Notes under the pieces: model-generated
Told to the model about the DNA's origin: nothing
What the model saw: the letters and a program-made list of their open reading frames with translations, nothing else
The model's database searches: none
Source of the DNA: a virus
Lineage: Duplodnaviria > Caudoviricetes
Strand: one strand, 5' to 3'
Virus record (IMG/VR): IMGVR_UViG_3300021440_000005
Coordinates: 1 to 56,416 of that record
Length of the DNA stretch: 56,416 nt
Made by a program: the position numbers and the translations under genes
Shown: piece by piece, positions 38,795 to 49,389 of the stretch
How positions within the stretch are numbered: position 1 is the stretch's first letter
Layout of the letters: each line of letters begins with the position of its first letter

Positions 38795-39391
38795 CTAAGC
38801 ATCTTGTCCAGATTTAAGTGGGTCTACGTTAATCTTAATCTCAGGGTCGTGAAGACGTTTAGGTACACCTAACGAATCCTTAATCTGAATACTCTTGTCA
38901 TGATATTCACTAGCAGCCTTCTTGGATTGATTAGATCCCCATATGCACACTCCCGATATCATGCCAAACACAACGCCTAGCATGTTAGCTAATCGTGCTT
39001 CCATGAAACCAGCTGCACCTATTGCTGACACTAACATAGATCCAAAAGTCGAAAGTGCTCCTAACACACTAGAACAAACATTAATTTTATGACAACAGCT
39101 GGCACTATCCGATAAACTCTTTTCTTCTTTTATCAGATCTTCAACTTGATTCTTCAAGTATGCGTGCCTGTCGAACAACGTCTTAGGGTCAACCGGATCA
39201 AACGAGTGCATCGACTTCGGACGGGGAGAAGAAGGAATTGTCTCGCTTGACCTTCTTGTTTCTTTACCTGGATGTTCGGGGACTAACTCTTGTGAGTCGA
39301 ATGGCTCAGCAGCTGCTAAAGAAGTAATGCATACCGATAAAATTAAAGGAGTAGTCTTCATTTGGGCCTGTATTATTATTATTCGAACCAA
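38795..39391 (-). CDS. Hypothetical exported/membrane protein (likely start 39361)
   Basis: Signal-peptide-like MKTTPLILSVCITSLAAA; two hydrophobic helices. Confidence 0.6.
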   Translation of the reverse strand: MVRIIIIQAQMKTTPLILSVCITSLAAAEPFDSQELVPEHPGKETRRSSETIPSSPRPKSMHSFDPVDPKTLFDRHAYLKNQVEDLIKEEKSLSDSASCCHKINVCSSVLGALSTFGSMLVSAIGAAGFMEARLANMLGVVFGMISGVCIWGSNQSKKAASEYHDKSIQIKDSLGVPKRLHDPEIKINVDPLKSGQDA

Positions 39392-39419
39392 TAATATTAT
39401 ACCACTAATTGAGATATTG

Positions 39420-39980
39420 TTTTCATATTTAATCCTCGTATCCTGCGTATAAAAATCGTCCCTATAGCTTCATACTAGCAGACAGAAATTTTTACCTACT
39501 GAATTATATAAATCGTAAGTTATAAACTTTATTTGAATATGCGAGTCTTACCTACTGAGTCATTGCCCCACAAGACTGCACCTTCTTAAATATTCATAGT
39601 ACTTACTAAACAATACAAAAGTTATACTTTTGTTTTACACCCCATAAGTTTTATCCCTATTCAACGATTAATCATACAAATAATGTTCATGTTGTTGTAC
39701 TGATTTATAGTCAACCCTGTAAGGTCATACAGTTCAAAAAGAATGCTCAAATTTTACAAAACAGGATTTATAGTCATACATGTAATTACTTGAGATTAAT
39801 TAAAACGACTTTTCCGTCTCTATATAGCAATAAATGTACTTTACTTGAGAATACTTTTATTAGCTATACATGTTAACTCTTTATATCCAGGTTTTAATGT
39901 TAGTATTATTGATACAATATTTAAAAGAGGTGTTTATACTCTTCATACGCTTGAAAATTAAATGAAACATTAATAGGAGA
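39420..39980 (+). repeat. Non-coding tract with dispersed, strand-polar GTYATAC mini-repeats (left)
   Basis: Exact copies at 39621, 39724 and 39773; one-mismatch copies at 39469, 39632, 39671, 39694, 39863, 39933 and 39942. Confidence 0.6.
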
Positions 39981-39986
39981 CTATAC

Positions 39987-41894
39987 ATGACTTCAAAAAA
40001 AGTAATTGGTATTGACTTAGGAACTACAAACTCGTGTGTTGCGATCATGGATGGCAGTCAGGCTAAGGTGATTGAGAACACAGAAGGACGTCGCACGACG
40101 CCATCGATTGTTGCCTTCACAGAAAGCGGCGAACGTTTAGTGGGTGATGGCGCAAAGCGTCAAGCGGTAACGAACCACGAAAATACATTCTTTGCGATTA
40201 AGCGTTTAATCGGACGTCGTTTCGAAGACGAAGCTGTGCGCAAGGATATCGATCTGGTTCCTTATAAAATTGTAAAGAGTGACAATGGTGATGCGTGGGT
40301 GAAATCTCGCGATAAGAATTACAGCCCCAGCGAAATCAGCGCATTCACATTGATCAAAATGAAAGAAACTGCTGAAAAGTTCTTGGGTGAGACGGTGTCT
40401 CAGGCTGTGATTACAGTGCCTGCGTACTTTAACGACGCTCAACGTCAAGCGACTCGGGATGCGGGTAAGATTGCAGGATTGGAAGTCTTGCGTATCGTGA
40501 ACGAGCCAACAGCTGCGGCATTAGCGTACGGCTTGGATAAAAAAGAATCTGGCGTTATCGTGGTATACGACTTGGGTGGTGGTACGTTTGACGTGTCTAT
40601 CCTTGAAGTCGGTGAAGGTGTGTTTGAAGTTAAATCCACAAATGGGGATACGTTCCTGGGTGGTGAAGACTTTGATGGGCGCATTGTTCAGTACTTAATT
40701 GATGAATTCAAAAAGGAAACAGGCGTAGATATTTCCAAGGATAAAATGGCTTTGCAACGCTTGAAAGAAGCTGCGGAAAAGGCAAAGATTGAACTGTCCA
40801 GCAGTATGCAAACTGAGGTTAACTTGCCCTTTATCACGGCTGATGCAACTGGTCCAAAGCACTTGAACATCAAGCTTTCCCGTGCGAAATATGAGACATT
40901 AGTGGATGATTTAATCCAACGCACCATGAAACCATGCGAGAAAGCTTTAAAAGATGCGGGCTTAAAAGCTTCAGATATCGACGAAGTTATCTTGGTTGGT
41001 GGTATGACACGTATGCCCAAGGTGATTGAAGAAGTTAAACGCTTCTTTAACAAAGAACCTCATCGTGGGGTGAACCCTGATGAAGTTGTGGCGATTGGTG
41101 CTGCGATTCAAGGCGGTGTGTTAACGGGTAATGTTAAAGACGTTGTGTTGTTGGATGTGACGCCATTGTCATTGGGTATCGAGACATTGGGCGGTGTGTT
41201 TACACGATTGATTGATCGCAACACAACAATTCCAACCAAGAAAAGCCAAACGTTCTCTACGGCTGAGGACAACCAAACAGCTGTGACAATTCGTGTGTTC
41301 CAAGGTGAGCGTGAAATGGCTGCGGATAACAAAATATTGGGTCAATTTGATTTGGTAGGATTGCCGGCGGCTCCACGCGGAATGCCACAAATCGAAGTTA
41401 CCTTTGATATCGATGCCAATGGTATCGTGCATGTGTCTGCAAAAGACAAGGCAACGAACAAAGAGCAGCAAATTCGCATTCAGCCCTCAGGTGGATTGAG
41501 TGATGCCGATATCGAAAAAATGGTGAAAGATGCCGAAGCCAATGCCGAAGCTGATAAAAAACGCCGTGAATTGATTGAGGCTCAAAACCAAGCGGATACG
41601 TTGTTGTATACGACTGAAAAGACGCTGAAAGAGCATGGCGATAAGATTTCTGCAGCGGACAAAGACGCCGTCGAAAAAGATCTGGCTGCGTTGAAAGAGG
41701 TTGCAAAGTCTGAGGATCTGGAGACAATCAAAGCTAAAACAGACGCGTTGATGCAGTCATCGATGAAACTGGGCGAGGCAATGTATAAGGCGGCTCAAGA
41801 GGCTCAGCCATCAGCTGAATCAGGAGAAACTTCAAAAGACGATACCGTGGTTGATGCAGAGTTTAAAGAAGTCGACGAAGACGACAAAAAATAA
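39987..41894 (+). CDS. dnaK: Chaperone DnaK (Hsp70), alphaproteobacterial type
   Basis: [24 protein letters not shown] and DLGGGTFD motifs; VVDAEF C-terminus. Confidence 0.99.
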   Translation: MTSKKVIGIDLGTTNSCVAIMDGSQAKVIENTEGRRTTPSIVAFTESGERLVGDGAKRQAVTNHENTFFAIKRLIGRRFEDEAVRKDIDLVPYKIVKSDNGDAWVKSRDKNYSPSEISAFTLIKMKETAEKFLGETVSQAVITVPAYFNDAQRQATRDAGKIAGLEVLRIVNEPTAAALAYGLDKKESGVIVVYDLGGGTFDVSILEVGEGVFEVKSTNGDTFLGGEDFDGRIVQYLIDEFKKETGVDISKDKMALQRLKEAAEKAKIELSSSMQTEVNLPFITADATGPKHLNIKLSRAKYETLVDDLIQRTMKPCEKALKDAGLKASDIDEVILVGGMTRMPKVIEEVKRFFNKEPHRGVNPDEVVAIGAAIQGGVLTGNVKDVVLLDVTPLSLGIETLGGVFTRLIDRNTTIPTKKSQTFSTAEDNQTAVTIRVFQGEREMAADNKILGQFDLVGLPAAPRGMPQIEVTFDIDANGIVHVSAKDKATNKEQQIRIQPSGGLSDADIEKMVKDAEANAEADKKRRELIEAQNQADTLLYTTEKTLKEHGDKISAADKDAVEKDLAALKEVAKSEDLETIKAKTDALMQSSMKLGEAMYKAAQEAQPSAESGETSKDDTVVDAEFKEVDEDDKK

Positions 41895-41994
41895 GACTTA
41901 AAGTGATAAAGCTCCGTGTTCAAAAGTGGAAACTGATTGAATGCGGGGCAATTTTTAATTATGAACATATTTGAGTTTCTGTTGAGGAAGAAGA

Positions 41995-43131
41995 ATGACA
42001 TCAAAAAAAGATTATTACGAATTGATGGGAGTTGCTAAAAACATTTCACCAGAAGGGTTGAAAAAAGCGTATCGTAAGCTGGCAATGAAATACCACCCCG
42101 ATCGGAATCAGGGCGATAAAGACGCCGAAGCAAAATTTAAAGAAATTAGCGAAGCATATGAGGTATTGAGCGACGAACAAAAACGAGCAGCTTATGATCA
42201 ATATGGTCATGGTGCCTTTGATGGTAGCATGGGTGGCGACGCAAGCGGCTTCTCTAACTTTTCAAATATTTTTGAAGAGGTTTTTGGGCGAGGGTTCGGA
42301 GGAACAGGTGGGCAACGGGCTCATTCTCAAGGACAGCCGGGATCTGATTTACGATATGATGTGACCATTACCTTAGAACAAGCTCACCAAGGAATGTCTG
42401 AAAACGTATCCCTACGTAAGAGCGAAAAGTGTAGCGAATGTAATGGTTCAGGGGCTTCTAAAGGTACTAATTCTTCAACCTGTGACCAGTGTTATGGCGC
42501 GGGAACAATGCGATTCCAACAAGGTTTTTTTACTCTGGAACGTATGTGTACAAAGTGCGGTGGAGCAGGTCAAACGATAAAAGATCCCTGTAAACCCTGC
42601 GGTGGGTCTGGACGAATTCAGAAACAAAAAACAATCTCAATCACAATTCCCGTGGGTGTCGAAGATGGTACGCGTTTACGTGTTGCCGGCGAAGGTGATG
42701 CCGGAATGCGCGGTGGACAAGCGGGGGATTTATACATCTTTATTTCTGTAAAACCTCATGAATTGTTTATTCGACATGGCGACGATATTCATTGTCAGGT
42801 GCCTATTCCCATGACTACTGCCGTGCTGGGGGGTGAGGTTGAAATTCCAACAATTGATGGAACAAAAGCAAAAGTGACTATTCCTGCGGGATCACAACCA
42901 GGTGAGAAGTTAAGGCTAAAATCAAAAGGAATCAACGTAATGCGTACCACCCGACGGGGGGATATGATAGTTCATGCAATGGTCGAAATTCCCGTGAATT
43001 TAAATGCTGAACAGCAAAAACTGATGAAAGACTTTAAGGATTCAGACAAAGGTAAACCTAACGATCATCACCCAAAAACAAAAAGCTTTTTCGATAAAGT
43101 CAAAGGGTTTTGGGATAATATGAAGAAATGA
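41995..43131 (+). CDS. dnaJ: Chaperone DnaJ
   Basis: J-domain HPD, G/F-rich region, four CxxCxGxG zinc motifs. Confidence 0.99.
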   Translation: MTSKKDYYELMGVAKNISPEGLKKAYRKLAMKYHPDRNQGDKDAEAKFKEISEAYEVLSDEQKRAAYDQYGHGAFDGSMGGDASGFSNFSNIFEEVFGRGFGGTGGQRAHSQGQPGSDLRYDVTITLEQAHQGMSENVSLRKSEKCSECNGSGASKGTNSSTCDQCYGAGTMRFQQGFFTLERMCTKCGGAGQTIKDPCKPCGGSGRIQKQKTISITIPVGVEDGTRLRVAGEGDAGMRGGQAGDLYIFISVKPHELFIRHGDDIHCQVPIPMTTAVLGGEVEIPTIDGTKAKVTIPAGSQPGEKLRLKSKGINVMRTTRRGDMIVHAMVEIPVNLNAEQQKLMKDFKDSDKGKPNDHHPKTKSFFDKVKGFWDNMKK

Positions 43132-43139
43132 GTTGGGTG

Positions 43140-43930
43140 TAGTCAAACAAACTGAAGTTGCATCATTAGATCATTTCTGAAAAAGAATCTTACTCTAGCA
43201 TAGTATGTTATACATTTAGTCTGCTTCTTGTTATACACTTGTTCGAATAGATGACGTACTTCTAAAAAAGACGTGTAATAGACATACCCTTTCCAGATTA
43301 GAACTTACTTGAGTAAAGGTCATATAAATATTTGACATGTAGAAATACATACAACTGGTTTCAACTTATTGCGTTATACAATTAGTCTAACTCTAATTGG
43401 TAACATAGATCTGAATTCATACAATACATTTAGTTATATTAATACACTTTGTAATAATACATATATTTTCATACAGTACCCCATTATACAGATTTTAGTT
43501 AAATAAGGACTCAAGCATGTACATTTTAATATGCCTGTTAAATTATACAGATCACTGCGGCTAACCGTCATACAAATGTAAATAAAACTCCATTATTATA
43601 TAAAAATAGTAGGAAAGATGTGTCTCAGACATACAGATTTAAGGGAAAAACCGCATGGATGCTGGCGGGATTCGGGTCTTTGGATTATACTTAAAAAAAT
43701 CCTGGGTGTGTGAGGGGGGACAAGCGCGTTACGCGCAAAGCGAGGGGGGTCAACTCGGAATTCCCAGCATGCTTCGCCTTTTCTCACCAAACCCTTTTAA
43801 CAAAAGTAATAATGTCATACGCTTAAATTTGTTTTACATATTCTTTATGATCCATCCTACACCATACCCCCTACCATTTATTCAATAATTACAGAGAGTA
43901 TCCCGATTCAAGATGAACATTATACATCCA
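43140..43930 (+). repeat. Non-coding tract with dispersed, strand-polar GTYATAC mini-repeats (right)
   Basis: Exact copies at 43207, 43230, 43373, 43567 and 43814; one-mismatch copies at 43142, 43281, 43319, 43416, 43433, 43468, 43483, 43542, 43628, 43684 and 43919. Confidence 0.65.
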
Positions 43931-44010
43931 CTATCTTTATAATCTTTTTATTTGACTTTGTAGTAGTACTACCAATACTTTAGGGATGATAAATTATATA
44001 GGAGTACAAG

Positions 44011-44592
44011 ATGAAGTTTGGCTATGCACGCGTATCAACAACGAACCAGGATTATGAGATCCAGTTGGAATCCCTTAAGTCATACGGATGTGAACGAATC
44101 TACGATGAGAAGATAAGTGGTAAGACGAATGAGAGAGAGCAACTGCAGGCATTACTGTTAAGCCTACGCGAAGGTGACATAGTGGTGGTGTATAAGTTAG
44201 ATCGTCTAGCAAGAAGTCTTAAAGGTATGTTGGAGATCGTGGAGACTATTAATAAGAGAGGCGCAGGACTTGTGTCCTTAAACGCTGGAGACATGTGCGA
44301 TACCACAACTGCGATGGGCAGAGCATTCCTTCAAATCGCTGGCGTGTTCGCAGAGCTGGAGCGAAGCATGATTGAAGAAAGAACTAGTAAAGGACGTGAG
44401 GCAGCACGCGCGCGTGGCGTAGTGTTTGGGAAACCTCGAGGCAGTTCAAACAAGGCGACCGCGGCAAAACTTGAGAGGATAAAGATATACCTTAAGGCTG
44501 GGCAGAGCTGGTCATGGATTGGAAAAGAGGTAAAATGCTCGCAAACACTGGTTAGTCGAGCGGCAAAAGAGTTGAAAGAAATAGAAGAATAG
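44011..44592 (+). CDS. Serine recombinase (resolvase/invertase family), intact
   Basis: GYARVST, VVYKLDRLARS and FAELERSMI.ERT..G...A..RG..FGKP motifs; C-terminal HTH. Confidence 0.95.
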   Translation: MKFGYARVSTTNQDYEIQLESLKSYGCERIYDEKISGKTNEREQLQALLLSLREGDIVVVYKLDRLARSLKGMLEIVETINKRGAGLVSLNAGDMCDTTTAMGRAFLQIAGVFAELERSMIEERTSKGREAARARGVVFGKPRGSSNKATAAKLERIKIYLKAGQSWSWIGKEVKCSQTLVSRAAKELKEIEE

Positions 44593-45075
44593 GGTAGGAA
44601 AGAATGTAAAAATAGGGTAATATATTTACCCTTTTTACTGCAACTACCATTCTATCACAATTAACTTCTCTATCTTCTTCATCTTCTTCATCACTAACTT
44701 CATCACTATCTATATTAGTTTATCGAATATCATTACAAGTACTAAAATTTGCATCTCTAGTGTAAGCGTAATCTGAATTTTCATCTATGTCTATCTCTGG
44801 TTTTTAACTTAAATCTGGCTTAAATTTATGGCTGAGTGTCAACGAAGTCATAAATTTATTATAATGAAAAAAACAATGTCATACGTTATCAATATATATT
44901 TTTTTATACAAACCAATCTAATTCAAATACTCTATAAAATAGATGTGGTAATGCAATACCTCAAATATAATTTTTCACTAGACAATACTATTATTAAATA
45001 TATATTTTGTCAAAATGGAATCTCAAACATTCCAATACGTGAGTTTTAAAGTTAATTCAATGAAGAGGAAATGAA

Positions 45076-45144
45076 ATGGAAGCAATTGGTTTCGCAGCAC
45101 TATTTATAGGGTTATTTTGGGTTTTCATGCATTACACAAAATAA
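45076..45144 (+). CDS. Small hydrophobic peptide (22 aa)
   Basis: GAGG RBS; MEAIGFAALFIGLFWVFMHYTK. Confidence 0.4.
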   Translation: MEAIGFAALFIGLFWVFMHYTK

Positions 45145-45165
45145 ATATGAAAAGGCAATAGTTAT

Positions 45166-45318
45166 ATGTCTAATTTAATCAAAAAGCTACTCCTGACAGC
45201 ATTTATTCTGTTAGGTTGTACAGTTATATACACAGAAGCACGAGATTACACTGATGAGAAGTTTGAAAAATTTTCACGTGAATGTGTGTTAATGTTAATA
45301 AAGCGTAAATATGCATAG
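45166..45318 (+). CDS. Small protein with hydrophobic N-terminus (50 aa)
   Basis: MSNLIKKLLLTAFILLGCTV...; open frame between neighbours. Confidence 0.4.
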   Translation: MSNLIKKLLLTAFILLGCTVIYTEARDYTDEKFEKFSRECVLMLIKRKYA

Positions 45319-45336
45319 AAAGTAATAAGAATAATA

Positions 45337-45825
45337 ATGGATGAAGAAAAAGCATTGGATACATTAAATTTTTACAAGGATAAAGGCAGTGCGTCCTTAA
45401 TCCTGATTACAGGTAAAAAGCAGAAACGTGAAGATCTAATATCCAAGTTTATAGATAGTGAACCAATATTTATTTTCAAGGCTACTCCTCAAACAACACT
45501 AAAGGATTTTGCAGACGAGTATTACAATTGGATTGGCTACGACAAAGGGGTACCGAAGAACTGGATGGATATGTTTTCAAAAATGAAAAATGTTCAGCTA
45601 ATACCAGATATCAGATTAATATTTGATGAAGTAAGCTACATGGAATTCCCAGATTCTATGTTTATCCCATCTCTAAAATATGCTTGGGATAATATTTTCA
45701 GCGAGAACCCAGATTTAATCCTAATCCTTGGTTGTACCGATGAGACTTGGATGAGAGAACGAGTTTCTTTCAATCCTGCATTTGTAGGGAGGATCTCTCA
45801 ACTCATAAGGCTTGAAAAAAATTAA
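45337..45825 (+). CDS. Truncated P-loop ATPase-like protein with degenerate Walker A
   Basis: LILITGKKQKREDLI (no GKT/S); LIFDEV Walker B; LILILGC...W....FVGR. Confidence 0.6.
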   Translation: MDEEKALDTLNFYKDKGSASLILITGKKQKREDLISKFIDSEPIFIFKATPQTTLKDFADEYYNWIGYDKGVPKNWMDMFSKMKNVQLIPDIRLIFDEVSYMEFPDSMFIPSLKYAWDNIFSENPDLILILGCTDETWMRERVSFNPAFVGRISQLIRLEKN

Positions 45826-45848
45826 ACGTTAGTTATATGGATGAATAA

Positions 45849-46343
45849 ATGGAAATTTCAGAAGACGAATATCAAGATAGATTAAAAAGTTATTCTGACG
45901 CCAAAACAATATGGGATTTAAGAGATTCGATAATTCAAGAAGGTGGAAGAATGGGTAAATTAATGGAGGAATTGAAAGCATTCGAAATAAAGGAATATAA
46001 AAGAAATAAAAAGAGAGAAGAAGAAAAAGCAGAAGCAGAAACGAGAATGAAAGAAGAAAGCTTTATCGCTATTTCGCCAAGTTCTGACAAAAAACAATCA
46101 CTCAATGAAATTAGAGATCTTTTTAAGGGTCATTTGATTTGTGCTCTATTCGCAATAGAAATGAAATTTGAGCCTAAAACGCGTGATGATTTGAAAGATT
46201 CTATCATGAAATATTTATTTAAAAATTGTAGTTACTTAGATGAGAAATTTTACTCGAGATTCTCACACGATGAAAACTTTAGAGAAGATGTGATGAATTA
46301 TTTAACTATTGAGTTTATGAACGTTTACCCAACAGAGGATTAG
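45849..46343 (+). CDS. Hypothetical protein
   Basis: 164 aa ORF in a co-oriented cluster. Confidence 0.6.
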   Translation: MEISEDEYQDRLKSYSDAKTIWDLRDSIIQEGGRMGKLMEELKAFEIKEYKRNKKREEEKAEAETRMKEESFIAISPSSDKKQSLNEIRDLFKGHLICALFAIEMKFEPKTRDDLKDSIMKYLFKNCSYLDEKFYSRFSHDENFREDVMNYLTIEFMNVYPTED

Positions 46344-46464
46344 TGAAAAAAACGAATGTACTCAAAGATTATGAATGAAAAAGGGTTATACTCTAACGAT
46401 CAAAAATGAATGAAAATGATCGCTAGTTTTATTAACGATCATAAATGAAAGTAAGGAGAAATAG

Positions 46465-46941
46465 ATGGAATATATAATAGTAATCTCATGCGGAATAACG
46501 ACCTCAATTATCGTAACTTTTATTTTTAGGAGAATGATCAATAAACGTTTGGAGAATTTAATGCGAGCATCAGAATCACTCGAAAGTTTACTAATTCAAT
46601 TGGAACGCATAGAAAAAAGAAATGTACAATTTGATCAACAATTACCTGAAGTACTGCCTTATACGACGCCTAAACTGACTCAAACTGAAGGGCATACCAT
46701 TCACAAGTCTGGGTTTATAAATCTATTTCATAGCTTGGAAGCAGGTATTTCTGGTGAGATTTTAAAGAATAACCCCACTAATAAGGAAGATTTATGGCTT
46801 GCGATTAAAACATGGTTCCGTAATCCAAAATGTTTCGATAAATATTTCGGAATGTTTAAAAATGAAAGCGAAGCTTTAATCCAGTCTGCAGCTCTGTACG
46901 TATTTGAATACTTTTCTAATAAATACTTTCCTGGAGAATAA
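46465..46941 (+). CDS. Hypothetical membrane-anchored protein
   Basis: AAGGAG RBS; N-terminal TM followed by coiled coil. Confidence 0.65.
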   Translation: MEYIIVISCGITTSIIVTFIFRRMINKRLENLMRASESLESLLIQLERIEKRNVQFDQQLPEVLPYTTPKLTQTEGHTIHKSGFINLFHSLEAGISGEILKNNPTNKEDLWLAIKTWFRNPKCFDKYFGMFKNESEALIQSAALYVFEYFSNKYFPGE

Positions 46942-46946
46942 ACTTT

Positions 46947-47210
46947 ATGGAATATACATTAATACTTTTTTTAGTATTAGGAATTATTTTAGCTAAGCGA
47001 TATCAACTTAAAAAAGTTGAAGAACAACGTCAGTACAATGAACGTTTAAATAAAAGCCTAGCCTGGGATAATTATTTTATAGATAAACGAATTAAATGGA
47101 ATGAAATGTATAATAAAATAGAAGACGAGCGCCGGCTGAGGGAGTGGAAATGCCCGGAAAGTCTAAAGCATTTGTTTAATACTGAAAATCAAAAAAGGAA
47201 TAAACTTTAA
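46947..47210 (+). CDS. Hypothetical membrane-anchored protein
   Basis: N-terminal TM (MEYTLILFLVLGII). Confidence 0.6.
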   Translation: MEYTLILFLVLGIILAKRYQLKKVEEQRQYNERLNKSLAWDNYFIDKRIKWNEMYNKIEDERRLREWKCPESLKHLFNTENQKRNKL

Positions 47211-47394
47211 TCCATCATAGGGCAGGTTGACAGGACCTGCTTTACTCCCATTTATTCACTCCTTTATATTCTTTTTATATCCTTATTCTTTAAATTCCCA
47301 ATAAACACTGGTGTTTTCGTCATAAATATAAAAGCAATTTTATTAGTTTTTTTAACCTACCTAGCATAATATTTAAGTGTAAGTTGAAAGGAAT

Positions 47395-47850
47395 TTGAAA
47401 ATGAATACAGTTTTAAAAACAATACAAAAACTAAAAATACCATGTCAGGTAAGCCATGATTTCATGCCGAGATTGAATGATCGCAACGAATATTCGATGA
47501 CTCGTACTGAAGAATTTTTCGACGAACTTAAAATGGTGAAAATGTTAGCTTTGGACTTAAAAAGGACATTCCTATCCTTCACTTTATTTGAAGACGATCC
47601 CGAATTTGAAACAGTGATTCCATCTCTTTTGGAAAAACAATTGCAATCAATCTTTAAAATAAGAGCAAATATCGAACACTCATGGTTCTTGAACGATGTC
47701 GCATTGTATATGGTTGGAACTTTTTTATATATGAAACATATTATTGTGAAATATTTGCCCGAACGCGAGGAATACGATTTATCCCAGTTTTGCTTAGAAT
47801 GTGCTGACTTTTGGGCAGACTTCCACAAACGTCTATGTGATGGAATATAG
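47395..47850 (+). CDS. Hypothetical protein
   Basis: 151 aa ORF. Confidence 0.55.
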   Translation: MKMNTVLKTIQKLKIPCQVSHDFMPRLNDRNEYSMTRTEEFFDELKMVKMLALDLKRTFLSFTLFEDDPEFETVIPSLLEKQLQSIFKIRANIEHSWFLNDVALYMVGTFLYMKHIIVKYLPEREEYDLSQFCLECADFWADFHKRLCDGI

Positions 47851-47859
47851 GAGGTTCAG

Positions 47860-47982
47860 ATGAACTTAATTAAAATGAACTGGTTAAAGGTTATTAAGCG
47901 TTGTGTCGCAGAGAAAGACTGGCAATACGACTTAATGAAAAAATGTATAGAACGATTTGCACAAGTTAAAATAGAAGGATAG
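47860..47982 (+). CDS. Small hypothetical protein (40 aa)
   Basis: GGAGG RBS; fills the gap between neighbours. Confidence 0.45.
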   Translation: MNLIKMNWLKVIKRCVAEKDWQYDLMKKCIERFAQVKIEG

Positions 47983-47993
47983 GAGTACGTAAA

Positions 47994-48428
47994 ATGACAG
48001 AGTTAAAATTGAAAAAGCTGACAGAATTAGACAAAAAAATTATATACACTTGTGTAGGAAAACGTCCAAAAGGTGTGAGTTTTGACCTTATGGCTGAATG
48101 GTTAATTGAATATTATGGATTACCTAAAGAAGAAATATTTTCGAGTTGGAATGATATAAGATTGAGCGGTTTTAAAGCAAATACTTCTCTACTCCCAACG
48201 GCTTTAGTAAATTTCTTTAAAGTTAAGAGTGATGATTTGAACGATCCTACGCGTACTCCATATAATAAAATTGAGGTGAAAAGAAATAAAATAAACAAGG
48301 AAGAATCGTCATCAGATCTAGAGCTTTTGAGACGTGAGAATGCCGAGTTAAAAGAAAAGATTGGTAAGCTTGAACTTGAGCTACAGGCTAATAAAGTCCT
48401 AGGCGACAAACTATCTTTTCAATTCTAA
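47994..48428 (+). CDS. Hypothetical protein with C-terminal coiled coil
   Basis: AGGAG RBS; LRRENAELKEKIGKLE. Confidence 0.6.
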   Translation: MTELKLKKLTELDKKIIYTCVGKRPKGVSFDLMAEWLIEYYGLPKEEIFSSWNDIRLSGFKANTSLLPTALVNFFKVKSDDLNDPTRTPYNKIEVKRNKINKEESSSDLELLRRENAELKEKIGKLELELQANKVLGDKLSFQF

Positions 48429-48438
48429 AGATAGCAAA

Positions 48439-48462
48439 CACCCCCTCACTTTGGAGGGGGTG
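48439..48462. terminator. Hairpin terminator
   Basis: caccccctc-actttg-gagggggtg directly after the stop. Confidence 0.55.
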
Positions 48463-48755
48463 ATCTAAAATCTTTGCGTTTCTCTCGTGTTTAAAACAGT
48501 CCTAGAACTCTTCATTCTTTCGAAAACATTTTTAGGACGTTGTGGCTTTTTCATATCTCATTTAAACTTATCTCTAGAAAAATGGAAGTGGTTGGGATAT
48601 ATTCATAGTGGTTCACCCTTCTTCTAAAAATTCAAGAACTCACTTTTTAGTGGGGAACAGGGGTTTATATCCCCTAGGGTGAGCTTTCCTATATACATTT
48701 TTCACTTTTTAATACTAAAATAGTTTGCTATAGATTCTTTTTTAGGAGTTTTAAA

Positions 48756-49328
48756 ATGAAACCAGTTGAAAATCTTTTATTAACATTTGGAATGTTCATA
48801 AGCCTTCTCGTCTTAAGTATTGCGAATGGAGCAAGTATTGCCGACCAAGACTCAACCATAAATTCCGTGACTTCAAGTTCAGACGAGTCAATCGAATTAA
48901 TCAATGCGCAGAGATTAATATTAAGAGAAGAGAGATGGGTTTCAAACCATGATGGAAGTTTATTAACTCTTCAAGTACATGGTAGAGTCAAAAATTATAG
49001 AAAAATCAGACGATTCATAGATGAAGGTAAATCAAATCGAGCTATACGATTACTGAATTCTATTTCCACGAAAGACAGGATTGTTCTGCCGATTGATATT
49101 TTGATTTTGTCAGAATATTATACATTTCTAGGGAATTACGAAAAAGTATTTCACCTTCTTTTTCTCTTACAACAATATCCAGTACACGTCAATCAAAACA
49201 CATGGCTTTATGCCTATAATTTACTTCAACGATTAGGGGAAGTAGATCTGAGTGTATTTTTTGAACCCTTCCTGCCCGAAAACGAACCACAAGATATTTT
49301 TGAATCTATCGAAGACTTTACACTATAA
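48756..49328 (+). CDS. Hypothetical exported protein
   Basis: AGGAG RBS; signal-peptide-like N-terminus; helical C-terminal half. Confidence 0.6.
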   Translation: MKPVENLLLTFGMFISLLVLSIANGASIADQDSTINSVTSSSDESIELINAQRLILREERWVSNHDGSLLTLQVHGRVKNYRKIRRFIDEGKSNRAIRLLNSISTKDRIVLPIDILILSEYYTFLGNYEKVFHLLFLLQQYPVHVNQNTWLYAYNLLQRLGEVDLSVFFEPFLPENEPQDIFESIEDFTL

Positions 49329-49389
49329 GGGTTAGGTCAAATATTTGTGTTTCAAGGAAAGAAATTCCCCGTTATTACGGGGATTTGAC

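Noticed and set aside
40206-41727. Antisense ORFs within dnaK and similar shadow ORFs elsewhere in the track
   Set aside because: Wholly antisense to well-supported genes
43596-43888. Short ORFs in the right non-coding tract
   Set aside because: No RBS or protein-like features; they overlap on opposite strands
44640-44830. Acidic D/E-rich minus-strand reading frame
   Set aside because: Interrupted by TAA stops with no clear start; cannot tell a pseudogene from low-complexity DNA
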